NCBI GenBank assembly: GCA_030681595.1
Contig: JAUXSB010000055.1
Location: 64,364 to 128,363 of the forward strand
Length of the DNA stretch: 64,000 bases
Direction of reading: 5' to 3'
Source of the DNA: Candidatus Omnitrophota bacterium
GTDB lineage: Bacteria; Omnitrophota; Gorgyraeia; Ghiorseimicrobiales; Ghiorseimicrobiaceae
A program made the translations under genes and the position numbers. The notes under the pieces were generated by a model. It did no database searches and was not told the origin of the DNA. It worked only from the letters and a program-made list of their open reading frames with translations. Within the stretch, counting starts at the first letter, position 1. Every line of letters begins with the position of its first letter. Positions 9,831-18,077 of the stretch are shown here, piece after piece.

Positions 9831-10094
9831 ATGTCTGCTTTTATACGGACTATTCAGGGAAAAATTTTTGGTATAGACCATAATAAGAAACTTTTTTCTT
9901 TGGCTATAGAAGAGATTTTGAGTGGAATAGCCCAGAAGAAGATAGATTTCTTGCTGGATCCCAACGTCAGGATTACAGATGTGGCTAATCAGCAAATGAA
10001 ACTCGTGGCTTTGAACGCGGACGATAAAGTAGAAGTCGGCTATATAAGGGATAAATCCCAAAGAACCGCCTTATTTATTAAGGTTATAGGTTAA
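9831..10094 (+). CDS. Small hypothetical protein
   Basis: 87 aa ORF tightly packed between its neighbours. Confidence 0.3.
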   Translation: MSAFIRTIQGKIFGIDHNKKLFSLAIEEILSGIAQKKIDFLLDPNVRITDVANQQMKLVALNADDKVEVGYIRDKSQRTALFIKVIG

Positions 10095-10099
10095 TATTT

Positions 10100-11011
10100 A
10101 TGGAAACCTTTGATTTGGGAATTGCCTGGGATAATGAATCAGATAATGAGTTTGTTAACGACCTCAATGCTTACGTTCTCAAAAAAGGGATAAAGCCGTA
10201 TCTGATCCATGTCTATAATTTCCTTTCTTCCTTAAAAGATATTACTGATAGCCAGCTAACTTTTCATTGTTTTTTTGACCGTTCTTCGGATGACAGTTAT
10301 ACTTTCGGTGGACTGGCAGATTTTCTTAAGAAAAAAGGCATCAATTTTATTAATCATCTCGATAATGTAAAAAATTCTATAGATAAATTTAAAATACATT
10401 CTATGTTTATAAGCCATGGTTTGTCTGTTCCTAAAACGGTTTTTTTAAAACCTCAAGAGGAAAAACAAATCATAGAGGCAAAGATTCAGCATGTTTCTGT
10501 CCCGTATATGCTTAAGCCGGCATTTGGTTCTTATGGTGATGGCACAGTTTTGAGTATTAATTCTTTAAATGACGCTTTGAGGTTAGTGGGGGACGCAAAA
10601 GATAAGTCTTATTTTGCACAAGAAGAAGTTATAGCCATAAATCTGGAGAATAAACCCGCATGGTTTAAGGTTTTATATTGTTTTGGGGAGATAATTCTTT
10701 TACGATGGCATCCGGTGATTCGAGAGTACGAGATGCTTTCCTTAAGGCAAATATATCGTTTAGGATTACATGAAATTTGGCCGATAACGAAGAAAATCAA
10801 GCAGGCATGCAAATTGGATTTTTTCTCCACAGATATAGCTATGAAAGAAAAGGGGAAATTTCTGGTCGTTGACTACGTAAATGATAGGCCGGATATGCGT
10901 AAAAAGTCAAAATTCAAAGATGTTTTACCTGATGAAATAGTTGATAAGATCATTAATAGCATTGTGTCTTTTATAAAAACTAATAAAAAAAGATGGTTCG
11001 CAGAGCGTTAG
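10100..11011 (+). CDS. Hypothetical protein, possibly ATP-grasp fold
   Basis: MLKPAFGSYGDGTVL resembles the ATP-grasp Gly-rich loop. Otherwise unassigned. Confidence 0.35.
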   Translation: METFDLGIAWDNESDNEFVNDLNAYVLKKGIKPYLIHVYNFLSSLKDITDSQLTFHCFFDRSSDDSYTFGGLADFLKKKGINFINHLDNVKNSIDKFKIHSMFISHGLSVPKTVFLKPQEEKQIIEAKIQHVSVPYMLKPAFGSYGDGTVLSINSLNDALRLVGDAKDKSYFAQEEVIAINLENKPAWFKVLYCFGEIILLRWHPVIREYEMLSLRQIYRLGLHEIWPITKKIKQACKLDFFSTDIAMKEKGKFLVVDYVNDRPDMRKKSKFKDVLPDEIVDKIINSIVSFIKTNKKRWFAER

Positions 11012-11219
11012 AGGCAAAAGTAGCAAAGGAGTTACTCTTTTAAGCTAAATCTCGAATCACCAACGCTCGCATTGAAGATACAAGCGTTAAGGCGCTTGGG
11101 TTTTCTAATATTAAGCCATGTAATAGAGCGGCCATAGATTACGTAAAAGAAAGTAGTGGCAAGTTAATTGCCTCTGATATTATTGTAATATCTAAATCAC
11201 AGAGAGGAGGTGAGAGGGG

Positions 11220-11591
11220 ATGGTTAAAATAATAAAGCTCGCGCTAGTGTGTTTAGCAGTGGTCGGGTTGGTAGGAGTGGCTGTGCCGGTCTATGCTCAA
11301 GGAGCGGCAGGACAGGAGGCTATCTTGGTTTCAGGCGAAGTGGTTTCAGTGGGTTTGGTGAAATCTGAAGTTGTGATTAAACAGCTTAAAGATGCAGTTA
11401 CCAGCACTTACGAAAATATTACTTTTGTGACAGCGCCTGAAACGAAAATTATCAAAGGCGATGCTGCCTTGAAGCTTTCTGATTTGAAGGCGGGGGATAA
11501 AGTTAGCGTTAAATATATCTCTGATGAATCAGGGAAACAAAAGGTAGGGAGTATCTCGTTAGAAGTTGAAGAAACAGCACTAGCTAAATAA
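11220..11591 (+). CDS. Small secreted protein (signal peptide)
   Basis: N-terminal MVKIIKLALVCLAVVGLVGVAVPVYAQG is a signal peptide. Good RBS gagaggagg. Followed by a 15 bp perfect-stem hairpin at 11601..11639. Confidence 0.45.
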   Translation: MVKIIKLALVCLAVVGLVGVAVPVYAQGAAGQEAILVSGEVVSVGLVKSEVVIKQLKDAVTSTYENITFVTAPETKIIKGDAALKLSDLKAGDKVSVKYISDESGKQKVGSISLEVEETALAK

Positions 11592-11915
11592 GCAATCAAA
11601 ATAGCGGCGGTTAATTATCGCTATATTAACCGCCGCTATTACAAAAAAGTAAGTTAAATTACGAGTGAAAGAAGGTGATTGAAATGGTAAGAAAGAAGAA
11701 AGTTCCGATTACGCCAGTGGCACCACAGAAGACCGAAAACCAACCCACACAGACCCCTCAAGCTCCATCTGGAGGTCAGTCTTCTATTCCTCAGGCACCA
11801 TCCACTCCCCAGAAAGCTTAAATGATGGGGTATTCTAAGTATGGGATGGCTAAAGTTAGAGACTTGTGCTGTCCTATGATTTATTTTTTATTTTAGAGAA
11901 AGGATAAAGTTAAGT

Positions 11916-12407
11916 ATGACAAAGGGGATCAAACACAGTGATATAAAACTGCCAGATTTACTCAAGGAAAAATACATTGAACTGGATTTGAAGGAAAAAG
12001 AAAAAACTAAGTTAATTGCTGAATTAGTAGATATAGTTGTTAAGCCTAGCCGAATAAAGGACGGGAAAGTTCTGTCTAAAGCTATTTTAGAACGAGAGAA
12101 ATTAGGCTCTACTGCTATCGGAAATGGCATAGCCATACCCCATGTTAAAATTAGAGGGATTAAGAAACCGTTGCTTATTTTAGGTAAGTCAGCTGAAGGT
12201 GTAGATTTTGATTCTTTGGACGGAGAGAAGACTTACCTATTTTTTATGCTTATTTCACCACAAAAAGAAATTGGCCTGCATCTTAAAATCTTAGCTAAGA
12301 TTTCGCATTTAGTAAAAGATAAATTTGTAGTAGAGCGCTTAAAAAAGATAAAGGAGAAACACGAAATTTTTGAGATAATTTCTGGTTTTGAGCGATTTTT
12401 TAAATAA
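11916..12407 (+). CDS. ptsN: PTS EIIA(Ntr)/fructose-type regulatory protein (PtsN-like)
   Basis: GNGIAIPHVKI with the active-site His and a LILGKS..GVDF region typical of PTS_EIIA_2. Confidence 0.7.
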   Translation: MTKGIKHSDIKLPDLLKEKYIELDLKEKEKTKLIAELVDIVVKPSRIKDGKVLSKAILEREKLGSTAIGNGIAIPHVKIRGIKKPLLILGKSAEGVDFDSLDGEKTYLFFMLISPQKEIGLHLKILAKISHLVKDKFVVERLKKIKEKHEIFEIISGFERFFK

Positions 12408-12428
12408 AAAATGTGGGAGGTGGTAAAT

Positions 12429-12878
12429 ATGAAAGTAGGTATAAGTTTAGAGAATGAGAATGGATTATATAGTAATGTTTGCAAGCATTTTCAAGAGAGC
12501 AGCCATTTTTTTATTTTAGATATTGATAAAAATAAAATTGTCAGTAGTAGGGTTGTTCCGAATCATGTTCGGCATAATGGCAAAGAATATATAGTGGCCG
12601 ATGAGGTATTAAAATATAGAATTACCCATCTGATCGCAGATAATGTGGGGGTGGCTGCGCAGAAAAGATTCGTACAAACCAATGTTCAGGTATTTAAATA
12701 TTCAGGCAACGTAAAAGATGCCATTGATAATTTTTTTAAAAAAAATATGGGGCTTGCGCTTAAGAAAACCTATGAGGCAATGCCGGAGCCGAAATTCGTT
12801 ATTGCCACGGGCGATTGCGCCAAAGGGGGCGCTCAGGCGGACAATTTAGCGATTCGTATTATACCTGCGGAGGGGTAG
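12429..12878 (+). CDS. NifX/NifB-type dinitrogenase FeMo-cofactor-binding domain protein whose 3' end is fused in frame to a decayed copy of the hydrogenase small-subunit C-terminus
   Basis: MKVGISLENENGLYSNVCKHFQESSHFFILDID matches the NifX-like domain. From about 12744 the sequence is a near-copy of 7491..7712. Confidence 0.5.
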   Translation: MKVGISLENENGLYSNVCKHFQESSHFFILDIDKNKIVSSRVVPNHVRHNGKEYIVADEVLKYRITHLIADNVGVAAQKRFVQTNVQVFKYSGNVKDAIDNFFKKNMGLALKKTYEAMPEPKFVIATGDCAKGGAQADNLAIRIIPAEG

Positions 12879-12973
12879 AAAATATCCTGCCTGTGTCTTT
12901 ACATATTTCGGGATGTCCGCCTAATCCAACACAAATTATTTTTTGCTTGTTAGATTTTCTGCATAAAGCATAG
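12744..12973 (+). pseudogene. Degenerate duplicate of the 3' end of the NuoB/HycG-like gene; direct repeat of 7491..7712 with an 8 nt insertion that shifts the frame
   Basis: About 90% nucleotide identity to 7491..7712 by eye across ~225 bp. After the frameshift the other frame reads YYTCGGVENILPVSLHISGCPPNPTQIIFCLLDFL. Confidence 0.75.
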
Positions 12974-13089
12974 TCTCTAAGTAGAAAAAAGTCAATAAAA
13001 AGAGGAATTAGGCTATTTACATCTGGTTTGGATTGCGATAGTATTATTTCGCTTGAAGCAATAGGGAATTATGTCAGATTTTTCGGCTG

Positions 13090-13345
13090 TTGGCTTCAAG
13101 ATCAAGTAAAATTGCGCTTCGCTTTGCAATTTTACTTGCGTCGCGCAAGCCAGCCCGACAAGCGTTCTGGCGGGTATGCGCGACATCGCGCCCGCCTGAC
13201 TTCATTCGGGCAGGCAAAATCTAATCGCCAGAGGCGGATCCGCCTGCGGCGGAAATCGCCAGCCACCGCCGAATGGCGGGGTGCCGCCAACGGCGGCATT
13301 GGCAGATTTTGCTTGACAAAGTTAACAGAGTGTGGCATACTATTT
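13090..13345. other. GC-rich (roughly 60% against a ~40% background) structured intergenic element with several stem-loops; possible ncRNA or REP-like element
   Basis: Inverted repeats caagtaaaattgc/gcaattttacttg, gtcgcgca/tgcgcgac, ggcggatccgcc, ccgccgaatggcgg and ccgccaacggcgg are visible. The ORF 13028..13381 over it is Arg-rich junk. Confidence 0.4.
13313..13341 (+). promoter_or_regulatory. Putative sigma70 promoter (TTGACA, 17 bp spacer, CATACT) for the XRE-CBM48 gene
   Basis: cTTGACAaagttaacagagtgtggCATACT about 130 bp upstream of 13473. Confidence 0.4.
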
Positions 13346-13472
13346 TTTCGCAGAACAAGTCATAGCTGGTTTGATGTATAATAAATAGGGCGAGGAAGGT
13401 AGTGGTAGGCACGAATTTTTGATGTACGTACTTATAATTTAACTATAATATTTACAACGAGTTAGGAATAAT

Positions 13473-13982
13473 ATGTTTGGGGAAAGTATAAAAAGATTAA
13501 GAGAGCGAAAAAAATTTACTCAGGATGACTTGGCGGGAAGGTTGGGTGTCTCAAGGCAGGCAATCTGTATGTGGGAGTTAGATAAGCGGGGGCTTACAGC
13601 CAAGATGTTAACCAAGATTGCTAATGTCTTTGAAGTGTCAGTGGATGAGGTGGTCAAGTTACAGCATTTTACTGTAACAGGAAAGGGGGAGGGTATGATT
13701 ACTGCTACAAAAAGGGTCAGAGAAAAGGATGTGGAGTTTCAGCTTAACGCTCCGCAGGCAAAGAGTGTTGTTTTAACCGGTAGTTTTAACTCTTGGTTAC
13801 AGAATGGAATAAAGATGCTAAAAGGCAAGAACGGCGCATGGAAAGCAAATGTTAACCTTAAGCCCGGCAGGTATGAATATAAATTTATTGTAGATGGGCA
13901 GTGGTGGACGGATCCGTCAAATAAAAATACTACTTCGAATTCATACGGAAGCCATAATTCATTAAAGGAAATTTCTGCTTAA
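13473..13982 (+). CDS. XRE-family HTH regulator fused to a CBM48 / AMPK-beta-type glycogen-binding domain
   Basis: N-terminus LTQDDLAGRLGVSRQAICMWE is an XRE HTH. The C-terminal block LTGSFNSW...GRYEYKFIVDGQWWTDP is the glycogen-binding-domain signature. Confidence 0.6.
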   Translation: MFGESIKRLRERKKFTQDDLAGRLGVSRQAICMWELDKRGLTAKMLTKIANVFEVSVDEVVKLQHFTVTGKGEGMITATKRVREKDVEFQLNAPQAKSVVLTGSFNSWLQNGIKMLKGKNGAWKANVNLKPGRYEYKFIVDGQWWTDPSNKNTTSNSYGSHNSLKEISA

Positions 13983-15142
13983 TGCGCATCGCGATTTTTT
14001 CCTGGGAGTCGGTGTATTCTATCTATGTGGGCGGCGTAGCGGCGCATGTCACAGAGCTTGCCTGCGCGTTAGAACGTAAGGGGCATGAAGTGCATGTTTT
14101 TACAAGACTAGCGCGCCATGATCAGCCGTGGTATGAGCGTATACATGGCGTACACTATCATCGTTGCCCTTTCAATACCAATCCTGATTTCGTGGAAGAA
14201 ATAAAAAATATGTGCCGTGCTTTTGTGGATGCGTTTTACCAGACTGAAAATTACGCGGGGTACTTTGATATTATCCATGCTCACGATTGGCTTACCGCGT
14301 ACGCGCTTATTTGGATTAAAGAAGGCCGCCCTAGAAAAGCGATTTTTACAATGCACTCGACCGAATACGGCAGGTGCGGTAATAATTTCTTCGGCGGAAA
14401 CTCCGAGAGGATCCGTCATATAGAATGGCTCGGCGCCTATTGCGCGGATAAGGTGGTCGCGGTCTCCAAATCGCTTAAAAATGAATTAATGTGGATATAT
14501 AGCTTACCCGACAATAAGGTTAGTGTAGCTTATAACGGCATAAATTATCATAATTACGATGGCTGGGTAGAGCCTGCGGCGGTAAGGCGGATGTATGATA
14601 TCGGAGCGATGGACCCGATGGTGCTTTTTGCCGGCAGGATGGTTTATCAAAAAGGGCCGGATATCCTTGTTGACGCGATTCCGCATATCTTAAAGTTCTA
14701 CGGTAACGCCAAGTTTGTTTTTGTCGGCGACGGAGAGATGCGTTGGAGCGCAGAAGACAGGGCGAAGCATCTAGGTGTTTCGCATGCTACCAGATTTCTC
14801 GGATATCACAATGGCTGGCGCTTAACCGACCTTTATAAGGCAAGTGATTGTGTATGCGTCCCCAGCCGTAATGAGCCGTTTGGGATAGTTATTTTGGAAG
14901 CATGGAGCGCGGGAAAGCCGGTAGTCGCCACTTCCAACGGCGGGCCTTCGGAGATAGTCTGGCATGACGTAAACGGCCTTAAAGTTTATCCAACTGCCGA
15001 TTCAGTGGCTTGGGGCATCGGCACGCTTTTTAGCGATTTTGAGCACGCGCGCTGGATGGGGAATAACGGCCGCATAGCGGTTGAGACGGTGTTTTCCTGG
15101 GATACGATTACAGACGAGGTATTAAGTATTTACAGTAATTAA
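13982..15142 (+). CDS. GT4-family (GT-B) glycosyltransferase, glycogen/alpha-glucan synthase-like
   Basis: MRIAIFSWESVYSIYVGGVAAHV start plus a C-terminal EPFGIVILEAWSAGKPVVAT motif (EX7E region) typical of GT4/glycogen synthases. Confidence 0.75.
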   Translation: MRIAIFSWESVYSIYVGGVAAHVTELACALERKGHEVHVFTRLARHDQPWYERIHGVHYHRCPFNTNPDFVEEIKNMCRAFVDAFYQTENYAGYFDIIHAHDWLTAYALIWIKEGRPRKAIFTMHSTEYGRCGNNFFGGNSERIRHIEWLGAYCADKVVAVSKSLKNELMWIYSLPDNKVSVAYNGINYHNYDGWVEPAAVRRMYDIGAMDPMVLFAGRMVYQKGPDILVDAIPHILKFYGNAKFVFVGDGEMRWSAEDRAKHLGVSHATRFLGYHNGWRLTDLYKASDCVCVPSRNEPFGIVILEAWSAGKPVVATSNGGPSEIVWHDVNGLKVYPTADSVAWGIGTLFSDFEHARWMGNNGRIAVETVFSWDTITDEVLSIYSN

Positions 15143-16432
15143 TTGAGGAGGGGCGAAGCTTTGGCCGTAAAAAGCGCAAAAACAACCAAGTCTAAAAAAG
15201 CGCCTGCACGAAAAGGGCAAAGCCGTTCTCTGCCGGGCCAAAAAAGTGTTTTTGAAACCATTCATCCTGTTCCGGCGTCATTTCCGCCGGAAAAATTCTC
15301 TGCTTTTGAAAAAGTAATACCTCCGATAAGTAGTAGCGAGGAGCCGGTCAAAAGAAATATTCCTCATCCGCCCCAAAAAGTTTCTCTGGAGAGTTGCGAG
15401 CTTCCTTCCGGATATAATTCCACATATATTACACTCATTGCCCGTGATCCGTACTGGTTATATGCCTATTGGGAAATTGCACCCAGCGCATTTTCCGACT
15501 TAAGAGATAAAATCGGCGATGAGATAAACCGCTGTGCATGGGTTTTGCGGGTATATGATGTTACTTGTATTGATTTTAACGGCACAAATGCGAATAGCTG
15601 GTTTGATATCGAAACAGGGCCGAGTGCTACTAATTGGTATATAAATTTCTGGAAGGATGGCGCAAGCGTTTGCGCGGAGTTTGGCCTGCGCGCGCCGAGC
15701 GGTCGGTTCTTTAGTTTTGCGCGTTCTAACTTTGTGCATACTCCGCGTGCGTCGTCTTCGTGGCGTAAGGAAGAGATCTGGCTTGACGTAAAGAATGATT
15801 CACCTAATGATCCCCCTTTTGTAATTTTCGAGAGAGATGAAGAAAAAAACGCGCGAAAAAACTCCGCGAAAAATAATCCCGGTGCCCGCAATTCGCAAAA
15901 TCCGCGCCGGCGCAAAATTTTTTTAACCGAAGCTGATATCCGCGCTTATTATTCAAAGTTATTCCCCTTACTAAAAAATATTTTATTAAGGCGTAAAGGT
16001 ATAGCCGCGCGAGGAGCAAATCCGCGCTTTAACTTAAAAGACGGTATATCGCTAGATGATATTTTACTGCGCGGCACATCGCGCGGGCAATTCATAAAGA
16101 AGATTTTGCTTGGCGCGTCAGAAGAGATGCTTGTTTTTGGCGGTGGCAGCGAACAGCTTTCCAGTGGCGCAAGTACGCAAGAACAAAAGAAAAGAACGTT
16201 CTTTTTTGAGATAGGAACCGAACTTATTGTTTACGGTCGTACTGAACCGGACGCGGAGGTCTGGCTCGCCGATAAAAAGATAAAATTACGCCAAGACGGT
16301 ACCTTTACCTTAAGATTTGCCCTCCCCGATGGAAAAATCCCCCTGGATTTTTCCGCTATATCCAATGATAAAGTTGAAAAACGGCGGATTGCTACCTCCG
16401 TTGAACGCGTAAAAACCATATACGAACCATAG
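15143..16432 (+). CDS. DUF4912-like protein, often found beside GH57 genes
   Basis: Low-complexity basic N-terminus followed by a conserved YWLYAYWEI-type block. Function unknown. Confidence 0.45.
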   Translation: MRRGEALAVKSAKTTKSKKAPARKGQSRSLPGQKSVFETIHPVPASFPPEKFSAFEKVIPPISSSEEPVKRNIPHPPQKVSLESCELPSGYNSTYITLIARDPYWLYAYWEIAPSAFSDLRDKIGDEINRCAWVLRVYDVTCIDFNGTNANSWFDIETGPSATNWYINFWKDGASVCAEFGLRAPSGRFFSFARSNFVHTPRASSSWRKEEIWLDVKNDSPNDPPFVIFERDEEKNARKNSAKNNPGARNSQNPRRRKIFLTEADIRAYYSKLFPLLKNILLRRKGIAARGANPRFNLKDGISLDDILLRGTSRGQFIKKILLGASEEMLVFGGGSEQLSSGASTQEQKKRTFFFEIGTELIVYGRTEPDAEVWLADKKIKLRQDGTFTLRFALPDGKIPLDFSAISNDKVEKRRIATSVERVKTIYEP

Positions 16433-16443
16433 AATAAGTTAAA

Positions 16444-18075
16444 ATGGCCCAAGGATATCTTTGTCTATTTCTGCACGCGCATCTTCCATATGTACGCCAT
16501 CCCGAAGAGGAATATTTTCTTGAGGAAAATTGGCTTTATGAAGCAATCACCGAAACATATATCCCGCTTTTGGATGTTTTTGAGCGCTTAGTTAATGACG
16601 GGGTAAATTTTCGTATTGCGATGTCGCTTACCCCGCCGTTGGCCTCAATGCTAAAAGACCCGCTCTTGCAAGACCGCTACATCCGCCATTTAAATAAACT
16701 CATCGAGCTCTCCGAAAAAGAAATCTACCGTACCGGGTTTGAGCCGCACTATCACGGCTTAGCACTCATGTATAATCACAGGCTACTCGAGGCAAAAGAG
16801 ACCTTTGTCAATAAATACAAGAAGGATTTAGTCTCCGGTTTTAAGAAGTTTCAGGATTTAGGCGTCTTGGAAGTCGTGGCATCGTGTGCGACTCACGGAT
16901 TTCTTCCTAATTTAAGCATTAATCCGGCGTCAGTAAAAGCCCAGGTATTTATCGGGGTGGAGAATTATAAAAAAATGTTCGGAAGGGCTCCGCGCGGATT
17001 TTGGCTTCCGGAGTGCGGTTATTACCCGCACGTTGATGAAGTTTTAAAAGAGGCAGGGATACGCTATTTTTTTGTGGATTCCCACGCCATAATGAATGCC
17101 GATCCCGCCCCGCGCTATAGTGTATATGCGCCGTTATATTGCCCCTCTGGTGTTGCCGCCTTTGCCCGCGACTGGGAGTCGTCAAAACAGGTCTGGAGTT
17201 CCAAGGAGGGTTATCCCGGTGACCCTGATTATCGTGAATATTACCGCGATATCGGATTTGAATTGGATTATGAATATATTAAGCCCTATATTCATCACAT
17301 GGGTTTTCGTATTAATACCGGGATAAAATACTGGAGGATTACCGGAAATACCGAATACAAAGAGGCTTACCGGCCGGATTGGGCGCGCGAGAAAGCGGCA
17401 CAACACGCCGCTAACTTTATGTTTAACCGCGAGCGCCAGATAGAATTTTTATGCTCGCATATGGATAGAAAGCCGATTATTATTGCGCCCTATGACGCGG
17501 AACTCTTCGGCCACTGGTGGTTTGAGGGGCCGATGTGGATTGATTTTTTAATCAGAAAAATTGTTTATGACCAGAAAACTGTAAAACTAGCCACCCCTTC
17601 AGACTATTTGGCGGAATATTCCACTAATCAGATGTCGCTTCCAACGCAGTCCAGCTGGGGGTGGAAGGGGTATTCGGAGTTTTGGCTGGAAGGTTCCAAT
17701 GACTGGGTTTATCGGCATCTGCATAACGCCAGCCGCAGGATGGCTGAACTATCCGAAAAATTCGCTAATTATTTGGATAAAGACGCAAAGCGGAGTTTAA
17801 TCAAGCGCGCGTTAAATCAGGCGGCGCGCGAACTTGTTTTAGCGGAATCCAGCGACTGGCCATTTATCATGAAGACCGGTACGATGGTGAGTTATGCCCA
17901 GAAAAGGATAAAGGATCATATCTGCCGTTTTAACCGCCTTTATAGCGACCTGTTAAATAACAGCATAAACAGTGAATGGCTCAAAGAAGTAGAGGGGCGC
18001 GATAATATATTTTCCGATATAGATTGCGCTAAATATTATCTGTCAGTAGCGCAGACACTAGAGGTGATAGCTTAA
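16444..18075 (+). CDS. Glycoside hydrolase family 57 (1,4-alpha-glucan branching enzyme type)
   Basis: N-terminal LFLHAHLPYVRHPE is the GH57 signature. 543 aa with the GH57 catalytic-region motifs (WLPECGY, AELFGHWW). Confidence 0.8.
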   Translation: MAQGYLCLFLHAHLPYVRHPEEEYFLEENWLYEAITETYIPLLDVFERLVNDGVNFRIAMSLTPPLASMLKDPLLQDRYIRHLNKLIELSEKEIYRTGFEPHYHGLALMYNHRLLEAKETFVNKYKKDLVSGFKKFQDLGVLEVVASCATHGFLPNLSINPASVKAQVFIGVENYKKMFGRAPRGFWLPECGYYPHVDEVLKEAGIRYFFVDSHAIMNADPAPRYSVYAPLYCPSGVAAFARDWESSKQVWSSKEGYPGDPDYREYYRDIGFELDYEYIKPYIHHMGFRINTGIKYWRITGNTEYKEAYRPDWAREKAAQHAANFMFNRERQIEFLCSHMDRKPIIIAPYDAELFGHWWFEGPMWIDFLIRKIVYDQKTVKLATPSDYLAEYSTNQMSLPTQSSWGWKGYSEFWLEGSNDWVYRHLHNASRRMAELSEKFANYLDKDAKRSLIKRALNQAARELVLAESSDWPFIMKTGTMVSYAQKRIKDHICRFNRLYSDLLNNSINSEWLKEVEGRDNIFSDIDCAKYYLSVAQTLEVIA

Positions 18076-18077
18076 AT

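Noticed and set aside
11601-11639. 15 bp perfect-stem hairpin as a canonical terminator
   Set aside because: A strong stem (atagcggcggttaat/attaaccgccgctat) with no U-tract on either strand. I note it only as a hairpin, possibly a Rho-dependent pause or a protein-binding site.
13028-13381. 117 aa + strand ORF across the GC-rich element
   Set aside because: The Arg-rich, low-complexity translation is what GC-rich palindromic DNA produces, and there is no RBS. I consider it structured non-coding DNA.
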